A stretch of DNA of 64,000 nt from Candidatus Woesearchaeota archaeon (GCA_964385425.1 CAYLOQ010000001.1:86602-150601), one strand, 5' to 3'; shown: positions 46,103 through 56,528, counted from the first letter of the stretch. Notes: a model not told the origin generated them from the sequence alone. Numbers and translations: made by a program.

Positions 46103-46566
46103 ATTGGCTAAAAATCTTAAACAAGAACGAGAAAAGAGAAATAGAAAATCAACTGAAAAAACAGTTTGGAATCTCTAAGGTCCCAGGAATAATTGTTCAG
46201 AGGGGGGAAGGCAGACTCTTTCTTTTCACAGGAGATTTCAATAAAAAACAAATAAAACAACTAGAAAATATGATTATAATTGAACGGCTCGGTATCTATT
46301 TTGCAAGAACTTTTGGCAATGAGGTTAGATTGAGCATTGAGGGAGCTCAGGCTTTAAAAAGCCAGATAAAGAAAAATATCTTTTCTTTGGATTCCAAACA
46401 AGCAGAAGAATGGATGAAAGGCCAGGAACTTCCTGTAAAAACAGGGAAACACGGGTTCCTCGCCATGAAGTACAAAGATGATTTTCTTGGAACAGGAAAA
46501 GCATCAGAAGAAAAAATAGGAAACTTCATCCCAAAATCAAGAAGACTTAAAAACAAGGAAAATTAG
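46099..46566 (+). CDS. Hypothetical protein, possibly PUA-domain or Nip7-like
   Basis: 155 aa; the C-terminal half (GFLAMKYKDDFLGTGKA) is PUA-like. Weak call. Confidence 0.3.
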   Translation: MNWLKILNKNEKREIENQLKKQFGISKVPGIIVQRGEGRLFLFTGDFNKKQIKQLENMIIIERLGIYFARTFGNEVRLSIEGAQALKSQIKKNIFSLDSKQAEEWMKGQELPVKTGKHGFLAMKYKDDFLGTGKASEEKIGNFIPKSRRLKNKEN

Positions 46567-46574
46567 AGAGAAAG

Positions 46575-47084
46575 ATGGAAACAAAAAACATTATATTCAT
46601 GGACGGAGAGTTTGCAAAGCTAAAACCAGATGGAATTGATTTATTATCAATAGCCTTAATCAAACCAGGTGGAGAAGAACTTTATCTAGAAATAGAATTT
46701 ACTAGGGAAATAAGTCCTTGGGTAAAGGAAAATGTATTGCCTAATCTTAAACAAGAAAAAGTATCAAAAGAGAAAGCAGCAGAATTAATTAAAAATTTTG
46801 TTGGAGATGAAAAACCCTATTTAATCTCTTATGTAAATCAATTTGATTGGATGGGGGTTTGCAATTTATTTAACGTAAAAAATGTGGATGATATCTCAAA
46901 ATTACCTTTTTTCTGGGCACCTATAGATTTTGCAAGTGTTCTATTTGAAAAAGGAATTGAACCAACGAAAAATCCAATAGAGATTGCACAAAAATATGAT
47001 ATAGATGTCTCAGATATAAAAGAACATAACGCATTAGATGATGTTAGATTACTAAAAAAGATATATGATAAGGTCATAAAATGA
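46575..47084 (+). CDS. DEDDh-type 3'-5' exonuclease (DnaQ/RNase T-like)
   Basis: N-terminal acidic motif (IFMDGEF) and a C-terminal H-x-A-x-x-D motif (EHNALDDVRLL). Confidence 0.5.
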   Translation: METKNIIFMDGEFAKLKPDGIDLLSIALIKPGGEELYLEIEFTREISPWVKENVLPNLKQEKVSKEKAAELIKNFVGDEKPYLISYVNQFDWMGVCNLFNVKNVDDISKLPFFWAPIDFASVLFEKGIEPTKNPIEIAQKYDIDVSDIKEHNALDDVRLLKKIYDKVIK

Positions 47085-47269
47085 ACAAAGAAGATAAATT
47101 ACACATGAAATTCAATCCTGGACTACAAAAATACGAACCATCCTTGCCATTAAGAAAAACAGGAAAAGAAGTCAAAGTAAAAATGGATTTAAAAGATATA
47201 ATAATAGGAATAATTATCTTGATATTAATAGTAGTATTTATGCTAGTAATAAAAAATTATTATCTATAA
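47081..47269 (+). CDS. Small membrane-anchored protein
   Basis: 62 aa with a C-terminal TM helix (IIIGIIILILIVVFMLVI). Confidence 0.3.
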   Translation: MNKEDKLHMKFNPGLQKYEPSLPLRKTGKEVKVKMDLKDIIIGIIILILIVVFMLVIKNYYL

Positions 47270-47273
47270 AAAC

Positions 47274-48149
47274 ATGGAAACAGAAAAAATTCTTCAGGCA
47301 GGAAAAATTGTATCGCAGGTAAAAAGTTATGCGAAGTCTATTGTTAAAAAAGACACTCCTTTGTTAGAGATAGCTGAAAAAATAGAGGCAAAGATAGAAG
47401 AACTTGGAGGAAAAAACGCGTTCCCTGTAAATCTTAGCATAAATGAAATTGCTGCACATTACACACCAAGCCATGATGATATTTCAATGGCTCGTGGTTT
47501 ATTGAAAGTTGACTTCGGTGTCCATATTGATGGGTGGCTCGCAGATAACGCATTCTCTCTTGACCTAGAAGACTCTGAAGAAAATAAAAAACTCATAGAA
47601 GCTGCTGAAAAAGCCTTGGAAAATGCCCTTAATATTGTTAAGACTAACATTCCAGCAAATGAAATAGGGAAAACAATCCAGGAAACAATAGAATCTTATG
47701 GATTTTCTCCTGTAGTAAACCTATCAGGTCATAGCATGGAACAACATAACTTACACGCAGGAATAACAATTCCAAATATAGATGATAAAAGAAACATTCC
47801 ATTAAAAAAAGGATTTTACGCGATAGAGCCTTTTGCAACCCCTGGAAGTGGAAGAGTTCATGATGGAAAACCTTCTGGGATTTACGAGCTCATTTCTGAG
47901 AAAAACGTGAGAAGTCCTATTGCCCGTGAAGTCCTTGAGTTCATAGAAAAAGAATATGAAACATTGCCTTTCTGCTCTAGATGGATTGTAAAAAAACTTG
48001 GAAGAAGGGCTTTGTTTGGCTTAAAACAACTGGAGGATAACGGAAACTTAAATCAGTTTGCACAACTCATAGAATCATCACGCAGCAAAGTCAGTCAAGC
48101 AGAGCACACAATTCTGATAGAAAATAAGGTTACTATAACGACAGAGTAG
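47274..48149 (+). CDS. map: Methionine aminopeptidase, type 2 (archaeal)
   Basis: Metal ligands and motifs AAHYTP, VDFGVHIDGWLADNAFS, SGHSMEQHNLHAG, and AIEPFAT; 291 aa. Confidence 0.85.
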   Translation: METEKILQAGKIVSQVKSYAKSIVKKDTPLLEIAEKIEAKIEELGGKNAFPVNLSINEIAAHYTPSHDDISMARGLLKVDFGVHIDGWLADNAFSLDLEDSEENKKLIEAAEKALENALNIVKTNIPANEIGKTIQETIESYGFSPVVNLSGHSMEQHNLHAGITIPNIDDKRNIPLKKGFYAIEPFATPGSGRVHDGKPSGIYELISEKNVRSPIAREVLEFIEKEYETLPFCSRWIVKKLGRRALFGLKQLEDNGNLNQFAQLIESSRSKVSQAEHTILIENKVTITTE

Positions 48150-48351
48150 GTTGATATTCGTTTATTTTTGATTGTAAAAAATCTCTTGCAAAAAAGTTAG
48201 TAAAACTAGGAAGAATACGTTCTGCCATTTCTAGATAAAAATACCTAATATTTTCTGTCCTACCTTCAACCTCAACTGAACAGGGATTTTCGATATGCGT
48301 GGCTAACATCATTGCAACTTCCATATTTGAAATCCTTTGTGTTCTTCCCAT
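48133..48351 (-). CDS. Hypothetical small protein
   Basis: 72-aa ORF in an otherwise empty 230-bp gap; weak. Confidence 0.2.
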   Translation of the reverse strand: MGRTQRISNMEVAMMLATHIENPCSVEVEGRTENIRYFYLEMAERILPSFTNFFARDFLQSKINEYQPTLSL

Positions 48352-48382
48352 AAAATTTCTTCATGAATTATTTATATAAATC

Positions 48383-50677
48383 TTATCCTAAGTAAGAACT
48401 CTCCATAGGAACAGCAGCCTTTGCAGATCTGATGAAACTATCCTCTATTTTCTTATAAACTTCTAAAGTTGGTTTGCTCACGCTTGGTTTAATTTTTCTC
48501 AAGGCTTCGTTGAAATGTTTCTTCTTCACCTGCTTCGCTTCTTTTGACTCTCTCAGTGCGAGCATTGCAGCTTCCCTGGTCAGGGCTTCTATGTCAGCTC
48601 CTGTGTAACCTATCGTCTTCTTTGAAATATCTTTAATGTCAACATCTCTTGAAAGAGGCATATTTTTTGTATGGATTTTCAAGATTCCCAGCCTACCCTC
48701 TTCTTCAGGAGAAGCAACCAATAAGATTTTATCAAATCTTCCAGGCCTTAATAATCCTGAATCAAGCATGTCTGGTCTGTTTGTAGCACCGATCACAAGA
48801 ACGTCATTTAAATCTTCGAGTCCATCCATTTCAGCCAGCATTTGATTTAAAACACGATCAGTAACTTTTGTTCCTGTTTCTATTCCCCTCTTACCTGCAA
48901 GTGCATCTATCTCATCAAAAAATATAATACAAGGGGAAACCTGCCGGGCTCTTTCAAAAACTTTTCTCATTCCTTCCTCTGACTTACCAACCCACATGCT
49001 CAACAATGACGGTCCCTTAACCTGTATAAAATTAGCTTCAGATTCTTTTGCGACTGCTTTTGCTAAAAGAGTTTTCCCTGTTCCTGGTGGACCATACAAC
49101 AAGATTCCACGAGACGGCCTTATTCCCATCCTCTCAAAAGTTTCAGGGAATTTCAAAGGCCATTCCACAGCCTCCCTAAGCTCTTCCTTGATCTTATCAA
49201 GTCCCCCAATATTTTCCCAACCAACCGAAGGGGTTTCTACAAGAACTTCCCTCATAGCAGAAGGTCTAACAGTTTTAAGAGCATCCATAAAATCGTTCTG
49301 TCTAACTATTAATTTTTCCAAAATCTCTGGAGGAATCTGCTCTTCCGCATCTAAGTTCATTTTGGGAAGAAATTTTCTCAAAACATTCATGGCAGCTTCC
49401 TTAGAAAGAGCTTCTAAATCTGCACCAACAAAACCATGAGTTACAGAAGCTATCTCTTCCAAGTTGACACTCTTAACTAAAGGCATTCCTCTTGTATGAA
49501 TTTTTAATACAGACAGTCTTCCCTTTTTACTCGGAACATTAATTTCTATTTCTCTGTCAAACCTCCCTGGTCTTCTCAGAGCAGGATCAATAGCATTTAC
49601 TCTGTTTGTAGCGCCAATTACTACTACCTTACCCCTTGATTTAAGACCATCCATCATAGTCAATATCTGGCTGACAACACGCCTCTCTACTTCCCCTGTT
49701 ACTTCTTCTCTCTTAGGAGCTATGGCATCTAACTCATCAATAAAAACAATTGAAGGGGCTGTTTTTTCAGCTTCTTCGAAAATATCTCTTATTTTTTTCT
49801 CAGATTCTCCATAGAATTTTGACATTACCTCAGGACCGTTCAATAAGATAAAATTAGCTTCTGATTCATTCGCAACTGCTTTTGCGAGCAACGTCTTTCC
49901 CGTACCTGGTGGACCATGAAGTAAAACCCCTTTTGGTGGCTCTATTCCCAACTTTTGAAAAATCTCTGGATGTTTTAAGGGGATTTCTACCATCTCTCTT
50001 ATTTTTTTAATCTCTTCAGAGAGTCCTCCTATGTCTTCATAGGTAATTTCAGGTATACTCTCTTCACTTATCTCAACTGCCTTAGGATTTAAAGAAACTT
50101 CTGTATTTTCTGTTATAATGATTGGCTGGTTTGGACTTGTATTAACTACTAAAAATCTAATTTGGGTAAAACTACCACCCAACTGCCCAAAGCCCATATT
50201 TCCAAGCATGTCACCCAACATGTCTCCAAACTCCCCGCCTAACTCGTCTGACAATAAATCCTTTCTTCTCTGAACTCCTCCAAGAACAACCAGATCACCC
50301 TTAACAACTGCCCTTCCTAACAAACCTCTTCTCAGACCCTCTGGATCTCCTTGAACCATTATTCCCTTTTGTGCAGGTGCTATGATTATTTTTTTAGCCT
50401 CTCTAACTTCTGATTTAAAAACATCCACAACCTCACCTATTCCTGTCTTCGCGTTTCTCCTTAATATACCATCAATCCTTATTATACCTTCTCCGACATC
50501 TGCAGGATAAGCCCTGTCTGCAATCGCAACTGTCTCCCTATTACCTTTAATTACTATAACATCTCCCCTCCTAATTCCAAGATCCCTCATTATCTCTGAG
50601 TCTATCCTAGCTATTCCCTTATACGCATCGTCTTGCTGCGCTTCCACAACCTTTAATTTAACTTCATTTTTAGTCAT
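48383..50677 (-). CDS. cdc48: Cdc48/VCP-like AAA+ ATPase (double AAA module)
   Basis: N-domain plus two AAA domains, each with [15 protein letters not shown](N/K)ESEANFI, DEIDA/DELDA, and SRH regions; 764 aa. Confidence 0.9.
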   Translation of the reverse strand: MTKNEVKLKVVEAQQDDAYKGIARIDSEIMRDLGIRRGDVIVIKGNRETVAIADRAYPADVGEGIIRIDGILRRNAKTGIGEVVDVFKSEVREAKKIIIAPAQKGIMVQGDPEGLRRGLLGRAVVKGDLVVLGGVQRRKDLLSDELGGEFGDMLGDMLGNMGFGQLGGSFTQIRFLVVNTSPNQPIIITENTEVSLNPKAVEISEESIPEITYEDIGGLSEEIKKIREMVEIPLKHPEIFQKLGIEPPKGVLLHGPPGTGKTLLAKAVANESEANFILLNGPEVMSKFYGESEKKIRDIFEEAEKTAPSIVFIDELDAIAPKREEVTGEVERRVVSQILTMMDGLKSRGKVVVIGATNRVNAIDPALRRPGRFDREIEINVPSKKGRLSVLKIHTRGMPLVKSVNLEEIASVTHGFVGADLEALSKEAAMNVLRKFLPKMNLDAEEQIPPEILEKLIVRQNDFMDALKTVRPSAMREVLVETPSVGWENIGGLDKIKEELREAVEWPLKFPETFERMGIRPSRGILLYGPPGTGKTLLAKAVAKESEANFIQVKGPSLLSMWVGKSEEGMRKVFERARQVSPCIIFFDEIDALAGKRGIETGTKVTDRVLNQMLAEMDGLEDLNDVLVIGATNRPDMLDSGLLRPGRFDKILLVASPEEEGRLGILKIHTKNMPLSRDVDIKDISKKTIGYTGADIEALTREAAMLALRESKEAKQVKKKHFNEALRKIKPSVSKPTLEVYKKIEDSFIRSAKAAVPMESSYLG

Positions 50678-51027
50678 CTTCTTCTCCCGAGTTCATAAAA
50701 ACTTAAGGACAACCTTCCTGCTTCTTCGAAACATAATCTAACCATATCATCCATTACCTTCTCTTGTTCCTTGATAAAAGATACTATCTCTTTAGGAATT
50801 GAAACAGTGTAACTATTCCCAACAAGTCTCATTTTTACTTTAAATTCTTTATTTTTTAGGTTAATAAACCTGTTGTATTCTTCTGCATCAACAGGGTGAA
50901 CAGACCTTCCGTTACAATCCGGGCACACTACTGTCCTTAAAAAAAATCCATTTTTAACAATTTCTTTTTTCTGCATCTCAGTACTGCAATCTTTACAGAG
51001 AATGGTATTGTCAAACATATCTGTCAT
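50674..51027 (-). CDS. Zn-ribbon plus AbrB/SpoVT-like (swapped-hairpin) domain protein
   Basis: CKDC...CPDC zinc ribbon, then MRLVGNSYTVSIPKEIV, which is typical of AbrB/MazE-like barrels. It overlaps the cdc48 start by 4 nt. Confidence 0.45.
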   Translation of the reverse strand: MTDMFDNTILCKDCSTEMQKKEIVKNGFFLRTVVCPDCNGRSVHPVDAEEYNRFINLKNKEFKVKMRLVGNSYTVSIPKEIVSFIKEQEKVMDDMVRLCFEEAGRLSLSFYELGRRR

Positions 51028-51088
51028 TTTATGTATACTTCTTGTGTATACTTAAAATATATACCATTTATAAAGATTTTGGTGGATC

Positions 51089-51535
51089 TTACTTTGTGTA
51101 AGATTTGTTAAGATATAAAAACTCTCTCCATAAGTCAGCAAAAAAAGCCCCAAATCCTTGTCTTCTAAGAATAGTAAATGGGCTCGGGTCAGATTCGAAA
51201 GCAAAAGGGGATTCTCTTGAACCATCAATAGGATATGTATCAAAAAAAGAGCTTTCTTGATCAGTTAGCGGAGCTCTATTAAACCAATCCTGACGATTCA
51301 TTCGTCTCTCTCTGTCCAAGGTAGAACCTGTATAACAAGGAGGGCATTTGTCTCCTCCTTCATCCATATATCTTAGATAAGCACTCAAAACTATTCCATT
51401 AATTCCGGCTATTGCTATTTGTCTCCCACATGAGATGCAATCATAAGGCACCATTCCCCTTGGTGTCTCACGAGAGATCCCCGTGTTCTCTGGTTCTCCA
51501 TCAGTTACCTTAATTAGACTTAAGGTCATATTCAT
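51089..51535 (-). CDS. Cys-rich hypothetical protein (possible Zn-binding)
   Basis: Track ORF trimmed to MNMTLSLIK..., downstream of a TATA-like ttttttaaag. Contains CISCG...CPPC. Confidence 0.4.
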   Translation of the reverse strand: MNMTLSLIKVTDGEPENTGISRETPRGMVPYDCISCGRQIAIAGINGIVLSAYLRYMDEGGDKCPPCYTGSTLDRERRMNRQDWFNRAPLTDQESSFFDTYPIDGSRESPFAFESDPSPFTILRRQGFGAFFADLWREFLYLNKSYTK

Positions 51536-51606
51536 GAAACCGTCTTTTTCTTTATAATGTTTTCTATTGCATAAATCTTTAAAAAATAGCTTTTTTAAGA
51601 TAATCA

Positions 51607-52607
51607 ATGGAACCAGAAGAAACTTACACTGCAGACTCGGGAAGAAGATATAAGATTATCAAAAAGATTACTCCAAAAGTTTTCACTACAATATCTCTAG
51701 ACGAAGAAGATCAACCCACGAGGGTTCTTAAAAAATTCAGAAAGAAGAATAATGGGGAAGTCGAATTTGAAGAAGAAAGAAAAATATTGACTCAATTAAA
51801 TCAAACTAACGGCGGAACAGGTTATCCAGGGGTTATAACCCTATATGACAGCGGTGAGAAAGATTTCTTTCTGATACTAGAATACAGTGGGGAGGAACAT
51901 TAAGGAACATCATTGATGAAAGGGGTAGACTTGAGCTATCTAAGGGGGTTGCTGTAATAAAATCCATGTCAGAAACGTCGGCAGATATTTTTGAAATTTT
52001 TGAAGATGGGGGAATTGTCCACAGAGACGTCAAACCAGAAAACACACTTTTATCAAAAAGTGCTAGGAATTGTTTGAATAATGATCAACCAGAATCAGGA
52101 AAATGTTTAGAAGAGATTTCCAAAGAAGGTGCCATAAAATTCTGTGATTTTTCTCTTTCCTTAAGATACAATAAAGCCACAGGAGAATATGAATCAAAAG
52201 TCCATGATAGAACTAAAGCAGGATATTTTGTTGGATCGTTACAATATTGCGCACCCGAGATAATAGAAATGGTAAGAGGAGATGAAAGGTCTGATATATG
52301 GGCTTTGGGAGTTGTTGCCTATGAGTTGTTAGTTGAAGGGGGTGCATTTCCTGGTGTTAGATCACCAAAAGATATGTATGATGCCCTTATAACATTTGAC
52401 TGTCCAAGAAAAATAGAAAGGAAGCTTCATGGATTTGAAGAAATTCTGTATGGTCTGTTACAGAGAAATCCTGATGACAGGCTAACGGCGAGACAAGTCC
52501 ATGACGCCTCTTCTGATTTTGAAGAAAAATTAAAACAAGGTACAATAACAGAAGAGCCTGAGCAAGGAATACTAAATTTTGTAAGAAGGATGTTTGTTAG
52601 AAGCTAA
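51607..52607 (+). pseudogene. Hanks-type Ser/Thr protein kinase interrupted by a 1-nt frameshift in a G4 run (~51890-51896)
   Basis: N-lobe in ORF 51607-51903 (VLKKF, EEERKIL, LILEYSG). The catalytic loop (IVHRDVKPEN), DFS motif, and APE motif (YCAPEII) are in ORF 51966-52607. Shifting frame at agtGGGGagg restores the canonical hinge 'EYSGGGTL'. Confidence 0.65.
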
Positions 52608-52643
52608 CAAAACATTTTAAAAAGCCAGAAGGTTAAGTTTCCT

Positions 52644-53273
52644 ATGAATTTAAAGGGTGATTTTAAAAAACTTTGGAAGAAGTTCTGGTTTTTGCTATGG
52701 AAAGATGATAGCTGGAAAGGATGGATTTTCTCAATAATCTTCCTATTTGTTTTTATAAAATTCCTATTTTTCCCTGCTCTAAGTTTGGTAACAGGAACAT
52801 CTCTGCCTTTAGCAATAGTAGAATCCTGTAGCATGTATCACAAGGGAAATCTTTTCTCTGATTTTGATGCCTGGTGGGAAGACCACGAGTCTAAGTATTC
52901 AGAATTCACGATAAATAAATTAGATTTTCAAGATTTTAAATTAAAAAATGGGTTCAATAAAGGAGATATCTTATTCATAATAAAAGCAGACCCAGAAAAG
53001 TTAAAAGTGGGGGATGTAATAATTTTTGAAGCGGGAACGGAGCACCCTGTGATTCATAGAATTGTTAAAATAAGCGAAACAGATGGCAGCAGAATTTTTT
53101 CCACTATGGGAGATAATGTGGGTAATGTCCAGAGCTTTGAAGAAGAAATAACCCAAGATCGGTTGATTGGAAAAGCTGTCATTAAGGCCGTCCCTTATAT
53201 GGGTTGGATAAAACTAGCTCTTTACGAATGGAAAAAACCAGAATCAAAAAGAGGGTTATGCAACGAGAGATAG
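52644..53273 (+). CDS. Signal peptidase I (Sec11/archaeal type)
   Basis: N-terminal TM anchor, catalytic Ser box (IVESCSMYH), and His box (EHPVIHRIVKI). Confidence 0.7.
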   Translation: MNLKGDFKKLWKKFWFLLWKDDSWKGWIFSIIFLFVFIKFLFFPALSLVTGTSLPLAIVESCSMYHKGNLFSDFDAWWEDHESKYSEFTINKLDFQDFKLKNGFNKGDILFIIKADPEKLKVGDVIIFEAGTEHPVIHRIVKISETDGSRIFSTMGDNVGNVQSFEEEITQDRLIGKAVIKAVPYMGWIKLALYEWKKPESKRGLCNER

Positions 53274-53308
53274 GAAAAGTTTTTAAAGAGCATTAGATAA
53301 AAACTAAG

Positions 53309-53617
53309 ATGGAATTTTGTCCGCGGTGTGGTGCAGTTCTAATTCAAAAGAGAAAAAAAGACGGTTGTCCTAGATGTTCTTATTCTACAAAAGGCAAGAT
53401 AAAAATAAAGACTTCTGAAAAAATGGATGAAAAAAAGAAAGTTGCTGTTATATCTGAAAAAGACACAGAGATCAATCCCATAATTGAACAAGAATGTAAG
53501 GACTGTGGGAACAAGAAGGCATATTTCTGGACCCTTCAAACTAGAGCAAGTGACGAAGCTGAAACAAAATTCTTCAAGTGCACAAAGTGTGAGCATACTT
53601 GGAGAGAGTATAGATAA
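53309..53617 (+). CDS. tfs: Transcription factor S / RNA polymerase subunit M (TFIIS-type zinc ribbon)
   Basis: N-terminal Zn ribbon (CPRCG...CPRC) and a C-terminal TFIIS-type ribbon with acidic hairpin (TLQTRASDEAETKFFKCTKCEHTWRE). Confidence 0.75.
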   Translation: MEFCPRCGAVLIQKRKKDGCPRCSYSTKGKIKIKTSEKMDEKKKVAVISEKDTEINPIIEQECKDCGNKKAYFWTLQTRASDEAETKFFKCTKCEHTWREYR

Positions 53618-53673
53618 AGTTTTAGAAATTATATTTACTAACCTTTAAATAATAAATACTTCTTAATTAGTTT

Positions 53674-54471
53674 ATGAAGAAAAAGAAACCTGACCTGTGG
53701 TGGAGAATGAGGGGTTTAGGCGAAATGGAAACGCGTTTTGGAAAAAACAAACCTATTGAGAGATTCATCAAGAAAAGGTTGAAATCAAAAAAGGTTGTGC
53801 GTGTTCTTGAATTTGGTTTTGGCGAAGGAAGGTGTCTTCTGGATATAAGGACAATCTTCCCAGAAAAACAGGTTGAATTATACGGTATTAATGATAAAAA
53901 AGAAGGAAAAATACATAAGAGAAAAGATTTTGTAACTAATGCAAAAAAATTTGGATTAACTGTTCCCATAACAACTCTTCTTCCTAAACCATTTTTTTAT
54001 GATGCGGGAAAAGGATTAAAATTTAAATCAAATTATTTCGATATAATAATTAGTCAGGTGGCTTTTCCTTATGTGGATGACAAAGCTAAACTTCTTGAAA
54101 ATTTTTGGAGAGTACTTAAACCTGGAGGAAAGGCTTTTTTGCATATTGATTCTTATGAAGAATCTTTTCCTGATTTCCTTCAAATAAATAAAGAAACACC
54201 AAGATTTAATATTTATAATAACAAAAAATTGATAAAATTGGGTGTATACCTGAACAAGTTTAGAAAAAAAGGATTTGATGTTAAGCTTAAAAAAGAAAGA
54301 AAAGGAAAAATTGAATATAGGACTCTTATAATGAATAAGAATACGACAAAGCCCCTTAAATTTGGTCTTAAATATGATGATGATTCATCATTTGATCTTT
54401 ATAGGTTTATTCACGAAAAAAAGGTGCGAAATGTTTGGTGGGGAATACGTAGCGTTTTTAAGACTAAATGA
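53674..54471 (+). CDS. Putative class I SAM-dependent methyltransferase
   Basis: Motif I-like VLEFGFGEGRCLLD and post-I/II motifs (ISQVAFPYV, LKPGGKAFL). Confidence 0.5.
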   Translation: MKKKKPDLWWRMRGLGEMETRFGKNKPIERFIKKRLKSKKVVRVLEFGFGEGRCLLDIRTIFPEKQVELYGINDKKEGKIHKRKDFVTNAKKFGLTVPITTLLPKPFFYDAGKGLKFKSNYFDIIISQVAFPYVDDKAKLLENFWRVLKPGGKAFLHIDSYEESFPDFLQINKETPRFNIYNNKKLIKLGVYLNKFRKKGFDVKLKKERKGKIEYRTLIMNKNTTKPLKFGLKYDDDSSFDLYRFIHEKKVRNVWWGIRSVFKTK

Positions 54472-54563
54472 TCAAGTGTTCAATTAATTTTAAGCATACT
54501 TAAAAGAATACTCAGCGTTAATATAGATAAAGTTTTTTAAAGTTCTTCTAAATTATTTAATCA

Positions 54564-54677
54564 GGCTCCGTAGCTCAGCTTGGTCAGAGCACCAGACTCT
54601 TAGCAGAACCGAGGTTCCGCACCTCCTATTAATTGAGAGATATCTGGGTGTCGAGGGTTCAAATCCCTCCGGGGCCA
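54564..54677 (+). tRNA. tRNA-Lys (anticodon CUU) with a 39-nt intron at 37/38 (intron 54603-54641)
   Basis: Acceptor GGCTCCG/CGGGGCC, D-arm GCTC-AGCTTGGTCA-GAGC, anticodon stem CCAGA...TCTGG, and T-arm GAGGG-TTCAAAT-CCCTC. The spliced loop is CUCUUAA. A TATA-like tttttaaag lies ~28 bp upstream. Confidence 0.75.
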
Positions 54678-54788
54678 TTGAACTGTTTCGTTCACAAAAG
54701 AGGGGAATACGATTTGTGTCTTTCAGCGTAGGCACTTTGAGTGAGTTTGAGAGTTAATTTTATATAATCCATCATCATAATAGAAAAT

Positions 54789-55361
54789 ATGATTCAAATA
54801 CTTCTCACAGCATTGATGTTGGTGTTCGCTCCAATCCCTTGGATTGTAACTACAATACACATACTCATAGAAAACAACAAGTGGCGCGCGAGTCGTGTAA
54901 AAATCCTTATGTGGATAGTCTCAATCGCAGTGTGGGCGATTCTCGCATTATGGCTTAAATCCAACTATCAAATTTTATTTGAACGACAATTTTCAACATC
55001 AATTTCGATATTCTTTGGAATTGCCCTCTTGCTTATCGCCGTTGTAATCGAAATAGCCACCACACAAGCTCTCGGTAGAAAGCGTATTCTTGGGAGCAGT
55101 GAATTTAAAAAAGCTCAAGACAAACTGATTACGACTGGAATTTACAAATATGCGCGCCATCCTAGATATGTTGAACACCCTTTGTGGTTTGTGGGATTGG
55201 GATTCATACTTGGATATACATCATTGCTTTGGTTTGCTCTTTACCTATTCCTTGCATTCGTAATAACAGCAAACTTCGAAGAACAAGAGTTGGTAAAACG
55301 TTATGGTAAGGAATATTTGAAATATAAAAAGAAAACGCCTGCTTTCTTCTTGAGATTTTAG
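54789..55361 (+). CDS. Isoprenylcysteine carboxyl methyltransferase / PEMT-family membrane methyltransferase
   Basis: Multi-TM protein with the family motif YKYARHPRYVEHPLWFVG and a C-terminal EEQELVKRYGKEY. Confidence 0.6.
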   Translation: MIQILLTALMLVFAPIPWIVTTIHILIENNKWRASRVKILMWIVSIAVWAILALWLKSNYQILFERQFSTSISIFFGIALLLIAVVIEIATTQALGRKRILGSSEFKKAQDKLITTGIYKYARHPRYVEHPLWFVGLGFILGYTSLLWFALYLFLAFVITANFEEQELVKRYGKEYLKYKKKTPAFFLRF

Positions 55362-55404
55362 CGTTTGTGATGGGCTTTTTGTGCAACTTTAGTTTTCTCA
55401 TGCT

Positions 55405-55650
55405 TTATTTTCGAGAAATATTCTTTAGATTCCTCGCCAAATTCACCCGCTTCTCAAGAACTCGTGTGACTTTTATTCTCTTCCTTCCCTTACTGGTGGG
55501 ATTTGTAATTGTGTCTCCTGGTTTTGCAGCAATAATTTTGTTGAGAAGCGATATAGGAATCTTATGCTCCTGTGAAATTCCGAGTTGTCTATGCAAAGTT
55601 CCTTTTTTCAGATGGATCTTCTGAATCCATTTAACCACCATGAAAAGCAT
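55405..55650 (-). CDS. Hypothetical basic protein
   Basis: 81-aa ORF; weak. Confidence 0.25.
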   Translation of the reverse strand: MLFMVVKWIQKIHLKKGTLHRQLGISQEHKIPISLLNKIIAAKPGDTITNPTSKGRKRIKVTRVLEKRVNLARNLKNISRK

Positions 55651-55718
55651 AATAAACTAAATCTTATAAATTTTTTGGAAAACAAAAAGTATAAAAATAT
55701 GTTTAATTTTTTATGTGA

Positions 55719-56165
55719 ATGAAAGGAAAAAGGGGTTCAACCAGTGAATGGTTTTTAGTTTTTTTGATAGCTGTGGTGGTTGGAGGGCTAGTTCTATTTA
55801 TTTCTTCAAATATTTTTTATAAAAAATCTGAAGTTTATACAAAAGAAGAGGTTAATAACTCGCTGGACAAGATATCTTGTGAATACTTACTTTTTGAAGA
55901 TACCAGTTATTTCGGACAAACCCCAAGAGCCATATGTGAGAGCATGGGAAAAGAACCAGAATTATTATTTATAAGAGAAGTTGTTCATGTCCTCTCTTCA
56001 GAAGGTTTTAATACATATGATGATGAGAACTACCTTGTAGATAACACATTATTCGATGTACCTTTAGGACTAGCCGAAGATTTAGAGAGATCTTACGGAA
56101 ACCCGAGCTTTGGGTATGGGGGTGATGTAAATAGAATATCAAAAGGACTACTTTGCTGCGGATAA
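55719..56165 (+). CDS. Membrane-anchored hypothetical protein
   Basis: N-terminal TM helix (WFLVFLIAVVVGGLVLFISS); 148 aa. Confidence 0.4.
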   Translation: MKGKRGSTSEWFLVFLIAVVVGGLVLFISSNIFYKKSEVYTKEEVNNSLDKISCEYLLFEDTSYFGQTPRAICESMGKEPELLFIREVVHVLSSEGFNTYDDENYLVDNTLFDVPLGLAEDLERSYGNPSFGYGGDVNRISKGLLCCG

Positions 56166-56261
56166 TTAATAAACACAGGAAAGAAGAAGTCATAAATTTT
56201 TCTGAATAATAAACGCCATACTAAGTATTAAGAAAACGTACATTCAGGGGCGGTAGGAGAA

Positions 56262-56528
56262 TTATCTTATAAGTTTCTGGATATTCTCAATAGCGTCTGC
56301 AACTTCTCTTCCTTTCTTGGTCAGCCTTATAATTTTTATTCGCCCCTTTTTTTCAAAGCTAACCAATTTCAAAATTTCCAAAGTCTGCAGAATTTTCACT
56401 GCGTGGCTATAAGTACAATCTACTTCCTTAGCCAGTATACTACCATACCTCATCCTTGTGTTCTTCTTTAAGGAGACCAACATGAGTGCTGGCTTTCTCC
56501 TGAAAAAGATGTCAAAGTTATCTTTCAT
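56262..56528 (-). CDS. Winged-helix transcriptional regulator
   Basis: 88 aa; the helix-turn-helix-wing pattern (YGSILAKEVDCTYSHAVKILQTLEILKLVSFEKKGRIKIIRLTKKG) matches ArsR/MarR-like folds. Confidence 0.5.
   Translation of the reverse strand: MKDNFDIFFRRKPALMLVSLKKNTRMRYGSILAKEVDCTYSHAVKILQTLEILKLVSFEKKGRIKIIRLTKKGREVADAIENIQKLIR

Noticed and set aside
54553-54735. 60-aa minus-strand ORF
   Set aside because: It completely overlaps the well-formed intron-containing tRNA-Lys on the other strand.
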